Origin: Longimicrobiales bacterium | GTDB taxonomy: Bacteria > Gemmatimonadota > Gemmatimonadetes > Longimicrobiales > Gaopeijiaceae | Assembly (NCBI GenBank): GCA_965218295.1 | Contig: CBDCKN010000003.1 | Coordinates: 96,001 to 160,000 of the forward strand | Direction of reading: 5' to 3' | DNA: 64,000 nucleotides | In this document: positions 58,432-64,000 of the stretch, in pieces | Layout of the letters: every line of letters starts with the position of its first letter | Position numbering within the stretch: the stretch's first letter is position 1 | The notes under the pieces: model-generated | Databases searched by the model: none | Told to the model about the DNA's origin: nothing | Seen by the model: only the letters and a program-made list of their open reading frames with translations | Program-made: the position numbers and the translations under genes

Positions 58432-59054
58432 GCGGGGGCAGCGGACTGCCCTCTCCCCATGAACAACACCCCGAGAATGGCATACCAGACATTGCTCAGG
58501 TAGCCGGGAATCGGTACAGGCAGGGTAATCCCGAATAGGTTCAACGCTAGCGACGCCACGCCGAGCAACACCCCGAGCCAGGCGAGCCACGCCGGCCAGC
58601 CGTCATCTTTCAACATTGCCAGGCCGTAGGCCGCCATGGCCACCGGGAAGAGGAACCCCGCCCCTGCAAACATGGATAGTACGACAGCAGATACGGCAAT
58701 AAACGCGTGGTCGGCCGCGGCACCACTGCCGGCTGCGACCGTCGAGAAACCAGACGTCTCCAGCGCACCGATCGCAAAGACCGCAACGCCGCCGACGATC
58801 ACCAATCCAGTGGCGGCAAGCGCAAGGCCCCCGCCCGCTGTACCCGCAAAGTGCTTAGCGAGAAAGAGCGCAGCGACGACGAAAAGCGTGCCCGTAATAC
58901 CGATCGCGACGTGCGAGATCGTCCAGCTCGTGCCGAGCGCAGCGTATGCGTCTAGGGTTTCCGGCTGGGGTCCGTGGAAAAAGATTCCCACGACTCCCGC
59001 CAGGGCGGCGAGGATGAGAGCGATGCCACCCAACTGATAGCTCTTCTGATCCAT
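58428..59054 (-). CDS. Multi-pass membrane protein (DUF4386-like)
   Basis: ~6 hydrophobic helices, WPAWLAWLG. Confidence 0.65.
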   Translation of the reverse strand: MDQKSYQLGGIALILAALAGVVGIFFHGPQPETLDAYAALGTSWTISHVAIGITGTLFVVAALFLAKHFAGTAGGGLALAATGLVIVGGVAVFAIGALETSGFSTVAAGSGAAADHAFIAVSAVVLSMFAGAGFLFPVAMAAYGLAMLKDDGWPAWLAWLGVLLGVASLALNLFGITLPVPIPGYLSNVWYAILGVLFMGRGQSAAPA

Positions 59055-59109
59055 GACTCTTTCCCGTGTCGAGAGGAGAGGGCTTGTGCCTAACGTGAAG
59101 CTCAGCTTA

Positions 59110-59425
59110 GAGTGGACCCTGCTCTGCCGCAAGGAAGCGCTCCGCCAGGTACCGTCTCCTCCGGCCCGGGGATCTGACGAAGTACCGTTTCCGTCGCGCC
59201 CTCCCGGCCGAGAGCCTTTTGATGGCAGTACGTGTGAACGAGAGCCGTGGGGGCCTCCACCGGGCCGAGATCGAGCCGTGCTCGGCCAGCCTCCGCCTCC
59301 CGCAGCAGGAATTCGTCGAGAAGTAATGATCCGTCCGCGAGCCGTGCGCTCTCCTCCCCGGGGAGGAGCATCGGGATCTCGTCGCGCAGGGTGAGAAGGC
59401 AGGACGGCTCCAACCCCACCACGGC
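59110..59425 (-). pseudogene. Internal fragment of a CCG-domain FAD/Fe-S oxidoreductase
   Basis: VGLEPSCLLTLRDE...HTYCHQKA. Confidence 0.7.
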
Positions 59426-59433
59426 ACACGTTT

Positions 59434-60756
59434 TCAGCCGGTTACGTATTCGCGGAAATCGATCATCCTCTGCGCATCAGTTCGGTACGGCATCGGTTTT
59501 GGCTCCAGCCAATCAACGATGTTGCCCTTAATCGAATAGGCGAAGAAGTGATTCCCGGCCGGGTTGTAGTGACCATTAAAGTACCGCCGCATATAGTCGT
59601 CCAGCGATAGTTTGAATGGTTTGAAGTCCTCAACGTGTACTTCGTTCATGTCGAAGTAGCGGAAACCGTTTTGTTTGAGGTAGTCCACAACCTCTTGGTC
59701 GTATCGTGTCCCGGACTCGATCAAGGTTCGCATGGCATCGTACGGGCCGAAATGGACCACGAGAAGCTTCTTGCCGTTCTCCGCGGCGAACCGGCGAGAC
59801 TTGTCGAGGATATATTTCGTCGCGGCGAATGCATAAGTGTTGCGCAGCTTTGCCAGTGATGGTTTCAGGGCATCTGCACGGCTGAAATCGAGGCGAGGCA
59901 GCCGCAGAATCTCACTCAGTCGCTGCAGGCCGGCTTCGTCGAACCCGCCACTGATGTGGCCCGCAACCAACAAGGTCAGCTGCAGCATCAGGTCGTCTTT
60001 GAGCGCCTCGTACATGAAGTCCGCGTCAGTCATTTTGTACAGCTCTTTGGGAGTCTTGAGCAGATTTTCTTTTTCGACCAGGCGCCCCGATTCAAGGTCC
60101 ATTTCGATGTTCGCCCAAAACGTCCCGTTCAGCATCGTCCCGCCGAGGATGTCCCACCAGGGATAAAACACCAGGTATCGACACCTCAGCACGCTGCGGA
60201 AGTAGTCGTCTCCCCACATGTACAAAATGAGATACTCGGCCGAGTTCTCGGTTTTCTCTTCGCGGAGCATGCGGCGGTATGCTTGATAGACCCCGTAGCC
60301 GCCCATGCCGAAGTTTCGAATCGGCTCACCCAAATGTGCTGCCAGGTACTCCTGCCACGTTTCCCCGTCGGAGACCTGATGACACTGTGTAAAACTATTG
60401 CCGTAGGTGTTGATGCGACACGGCCTGTCCCGATACACCTGGTGCGTGCGCATTCCATCGGGCTGGACCGTCGAGATGGTCCCGCTGTTGTCGATGCCAT
60501 CCTGCGGCATAAAGTTCCCCAGGATATACCCAAGTTCGGGATCGAATTGCGCCCACGAATCCTGGTGCAGAAAGACATCCAGCACCTCTTTCTTCAGAGC
60601 ACCCCGACGGACGTAATCTTTGTAGCTGGGCCGATCCTTCGTATCCCAATCGGCGGCGAAGGCGGCGGATTTAATTCGCGTTGATGCAGCGGCCACACCA
60701 CCACAGGCAGCAATCAGCTTGGCGATGAATTCCCGGCGGTCAGAATCTGTCTGCAT
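59434..60756 (-). CDS. Tat-exported SGNH/GDSL-like protein
   Basis: DRREFI signal; YGNSFT, NFGMGGYG, GHYNPAGN. Confidence 0.7.
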   Translation of the reverse strand: MQTDSDRREFIAKLIAACGGVAAASTRIKSAAFAADWDTKDRPSYKDYVRRGALKKEVLDVFLHQDSWAQFDPELGYILGNFMPQDGIDNSGTISTVQPDGMRTHQVYRDRPCRINTYGNSFTQCHQVSDGETWQEYLAAHLGEPIRNFGMGGYGVYQAYRRMLREEKTENSAEYLILYMWGDDYFRSVLRCRYLVFYPWWDILGGTMLNGTFWANIEMDLESGRLVEKENLLKTPKELYKMTDADFMYEALKDDLMLQLTLLVAGHISGGFDEAGLQRLSEILRLPRLDFSRADALKPSLAKLRNTYAFAATKYILDKSRRFAAENGKKLLVVHFGPYDAMRTLIESGTRYDQEVVDYLKQNGFRYFDMNEVHVEDFKPFKLSLDDYMRRYFNGHYNPAGNHFFAYSIKGNIVDWLEPKPMPYRTDAQRMIDFREYVTG

Positions 60757-60981
60757 TGTCCACGTCCCCCCATCGTTGTTGCCGTACCATCTCTCGCGAA
60801 TCCATTCGTAACTGTCCGTAACCGGCCAACGCCAATACTGAGATTTGGGTGCCGTCGTTCACCCTGGCCCCATAGAAGGAAAAACAAAGGCCCATTGGCG
60901 GATCGGGAGAACGTGAGGGGGCGGTCCGGACACCATCGGTGACGTGACGCTCGAGCAGGCCGTGCGGGGAGTGTGCCGCCG

Positions 60982-63597
60982 CTACCGCCCGCTCCCACCC
61001 AGCTCTTCGACCTGGGCTTGATAGAGCTGTCGGCCCTGCTCGAACGTGGAGATGACCTCTTCCTTGTGCGCGGGATCGTCCCAGCGATCCATGCCCCTCA
61101 GGTCTTTCAGAGTCTCGTCGATCCACCGGACGAAGAAGGCTGCGTCCGCTCGCGACCGAATCGGTTCTCCGTCCGCGATCACGTACACGGGGTTCGTGTG
61201 CGCGAAGAGATAGCTGTCCATGACGCCGTGCTGCGTCGGGCCCAGTACGCGCGCCGCGATCCAGCCGCTGGACTCTACCGGGATGTCCAGCTCCGCCTCG
61301 ATCGTCCTCGCGCCATTCGCTTCCACCGTGTGCACGATCTCGCCGTTCCGGATGATCTCGAGCCGGTCTATCTCGAAGATGGAGCGCGCCGTAGCCGAAA
61401 CCTGCAAGACGTCGCCTCTCGAGGCCGGCAGCTCCTCTCCCATTCCCCTGCCTGAGACGTCCAGCGAAACGATGGGTCCACTGGTCACGAACGCACGGCC
61501 TGCCGCCATCGCTTCGGCCCACTCGTCATAGTCCAGCTCCTCCTCCCCGGTATAGACGTACGACCGTGTCGTCCCGACGGCGGGATGCCGCCAGATGTCC
61601 GTCATCGCATCCGTCCCGGCCGTGGCCGGAATGCGGGACCCCGTATTCAACAGCCGATACCACACCTCCGCCGTCCCGAGCTCGTCGCTCCATATGCAGG
61701 CCACGTCGACGAAGTCCGCGACTCCGAGAATGGCGTCGACGGGAAGCTCGGTCGTTCCACCGGGGCCGGCCGCGTCCGGATCGCGGTGGTTCAGGCCGAA
61801 CGGATGGACGTAGCCGCCGATCCCGCCCTGCTCGTGGACCTGTCGGAGCACTGTGGCGTTGTCCGGATAGAGCGCCTGGTGCGCCGTACCCACGGAGCCG
61901 ATGTAGAACGGCGTAATGAGCTCGACCAGGTTGAGAAGGGACAGATGGGCGAAGTAGCTCGCACGGTACTCTTCGTTGTAGTAGACGATCGTTCGCGGAT
62001 CGTCGGACGGATGCGGATGTCCGAGGAAGTGCTCCAGATCCTCTACCCTGCTGTTCCCCCAGTAGTTGGCGATCATTCCGTTCGCCACGTTCAGATCCTC
62101 AGCCTGCGCCTTGTTTCTCAGATCGATCGGCTGAACGAAGTAGTGGCCGCCGTAGTTCGGATGGATGTGATTGTCGCCGGAATACCAACCGTCGCCAGCC
62201 ATGTCGATCCACCGGTTCAGCTCGACCTCGACCGTCGTCCACTCCCCGGGCCGTACATCGACCGTTCGCTCGATGGGCTCGTACTCGAAGCCACGCCACA
62301 CCTCGAGCGCGGCCTCTCCCACGGGCATCGTCACCGAGAAGCTGCCGTCCGTGTGGAAGTAGTAGTCTTCCGTAACGCTCACGACTCGGGGAAAGCTTCC
62401 ATCCGGGAAGTAGCTGCGTCCGTCGGATCCCTGCAGGTAGATGCGGGACGGGAGCAGCTCCCCGTCCGAACCACTCACACGGACACGGACCGACCCGGTC
62501 GGCTCCGACCAGGCGTAGTCCTCGATCCGAACCCGCTGTGGCTCACCACCACCCCTCCCGACGGTGTAGAGCGCGAAGCCCATCCCCCGGTCTGCCGTTC
62601 GCCGCTGATCCGGCGTCCCGCCGTTGCGCGCAAAGACGAGCCGCTCGCCGTCCGGGGACCAGGCGGGGAAGTACTCGTCGGTTCTCGTGTGGGTCAGACG
62701 TACCGGCTGGATGCCACGCGCCGCTTTCCGGCTCGGCACCAGGTACAGATCGTTGCTCCCGGACGCATCGGTGATGTACGCGACCGCTCCGCCGTGGGGA
62801 GCGACCACGGGCGCCGCCTGGTAGTTGGTCTCCATCCGGAGCAGCAACTCCGCCCGGGATGTCGAGGCACTCCACCGCCAGAGGGACCCCGAGCCCAGGG
62901 CGGCCTCACCGCGCTTCGAGACGAACACCAGGTCTCCCGCGTCGCCGATCCAGTCACCGGCCATGTTGTTCTGGTCGGTCGTCACCACCGGCTCGGCGAC
63001 ATCTCGCTCCACGTCGTAGGCCCAGAGGTCGAACGTCCCGCTGCGGGCGGTCGTGAACAGGATATGGGACCCGTCGGGCGACCACCGGGGGCGCAGGTCG
63101 AGGTAATGGATCGGTCGTGATGCGACGTGACGCACCGCTCGCTCGGTCGAGAACATAGATGTCGAAGTTGCGATCCACGTCGGCCGCATTTAGGCCACGC
63201 TGCGCCCGTCGGGCGACCAGGTCGGCTGGGAGTGATACCCCGGGCCGGTCGTCAGCTGACGCGCCACTCCGCCCTCGACGGGCACGACCCAGATCCTTCC
63301 CTGATACGCGAAGGCCAAGGACTCGCCGTCGGGAGACCAGGAAGGATAGGTCGGCGATGCCGTCACGGGAGGCGGAAAGTAGCTTTCCATGTACATCTTT
63401 CCCGCCACAGGCCATGAGCCCAGGGAAGGGTAGCCCCCTGGGAAGGGACCCGGGTACTCGGATGAATCCTGCGCCGAGGCCGGGCCCGCGATCAGCAGCA
63501 CGCACGCGAGCAGATTCACTCCTTCCAGGACGGGCCGGGCTGGCGAGAACGACGTGCGTCGAACTCCTCGTGGGTGCTGTCGCTTCAAGTCGGCCAC
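60982..63597 (-). CDS. PD40/TolB-propeller + CehA/McbA-family metallohydrolase, with two frameshifts near 63190 and 63105
   Basis: WSPDG repeats; WYSGDNHIH, AGTD, FVTSGP, AHTNP; start uncertain. Confidence 0.8.
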
Positions 63598-63917
63598 CTG
63601 GATTCGGTGGTGCTGCCTCGATGGGCGCGTTCGGATCGCAATGTAGGAGGCGATCGGACCCGGGCGCCAGGCAAAAGCAACTCAGGCCGCTCAGCACGAA
63701 ACGTGGGCTCTGTCGTCACCTTGACCGCCATCATTCGGCGATCTCTCGCGCCTCCTGTAGATGCGTTGCGATTCCCGCTTCGGCCTAACCGAGCTGAGTA
63801 ACCCGCCTGTGCCATCCCCGGTGCGCCGCATAGCTTCATGCCCACATGGAAGAACCGAACGAGAGACCTCCAGACCACCGGTACGGGACCCTGCTCGCGG
63901 AAGTCAGGGCGAGCGGC

Positions 63918-64000
63918 ATGGCTGCGAACGCTACGGCCCTCTACGCCGCTCATGTCGCCGGACTGATCGTTCCCCTTCTGACGATCCCGTATCTGGCCCG
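63918..64000 (+). CDS. 5' end of Wzx-like oligosaccharide flippase
   Basis: MAANATALYAAHVAGLIVPLLTIPYLA, resembles the PLLTxPYLxR N-terminal motif. Confidence 0.6.
   Translation, partial: MAANATALYAAHVAGLIVPLLTIPYLA

Noticed and set aside
63100..63195. Stop-codon readthrough or two separate genes in the PD40-hydrolase
   Set aside because: Explained by two nearby insertions; the intervening frame reads AADVDRNFDIYVLD...ITTDP, a normal propeller blade
63783..63800. Further attC-like halves (GCCTAAC here; GTGAAGCTCA at ~48548)
   Set aside because: No partner boxes or stem; too short to support

Overview
GC-rich bacterial DNA, most likely Gemmatimonadota or a relative. This is inferred from gene content: ADOP-type permease, Hanks kinase, Ig/leishmanolysin lipoprotein, LVIVD and choice-of-anchor B proteins. 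Bases ~1-36 kb are mostly envelope, redox and copper genes. Bases ~36-61 kb are a mosaic accessory region of catabolic genes with duplicated CocE/NonD hydrolases, three tannase-family paralogs, an IS256 inserted into a gene, an IS21 remnant and several gene fragments. The best candidate for an undescribed system is a minus-strand operon (36003-30826). It encodes two His-studded LVIVD beta-propeller proteins, an RskA-like protein with a Met/His/Cys tail, and a multicopper-oxidase homolog that keeps its type-1 Cu site but has lost three trinuclear-cluster histidines (HWH->RWH, HCH->NCQ). It converges on a third His-propeller (choice-of-anchor B). Other highlights: a UGA-interrupted peroxiredoxin-like gene with a SECIS-like hairpin (probable selenoprotein); a ~77-bp promoter/operator/hairpin element present twice 35 kb apart; a 23-aa Tat-motif mini-ORF and possible Moco-type RNA upstream of an orphan cytochrome b; and a 20-aa cationic amphipathic small ORF. 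Several frameshifts look like sequencing errors. No rRNA, tRNA or CRISPR was recognised. All family calls are by eye from motifs; no searches were run.
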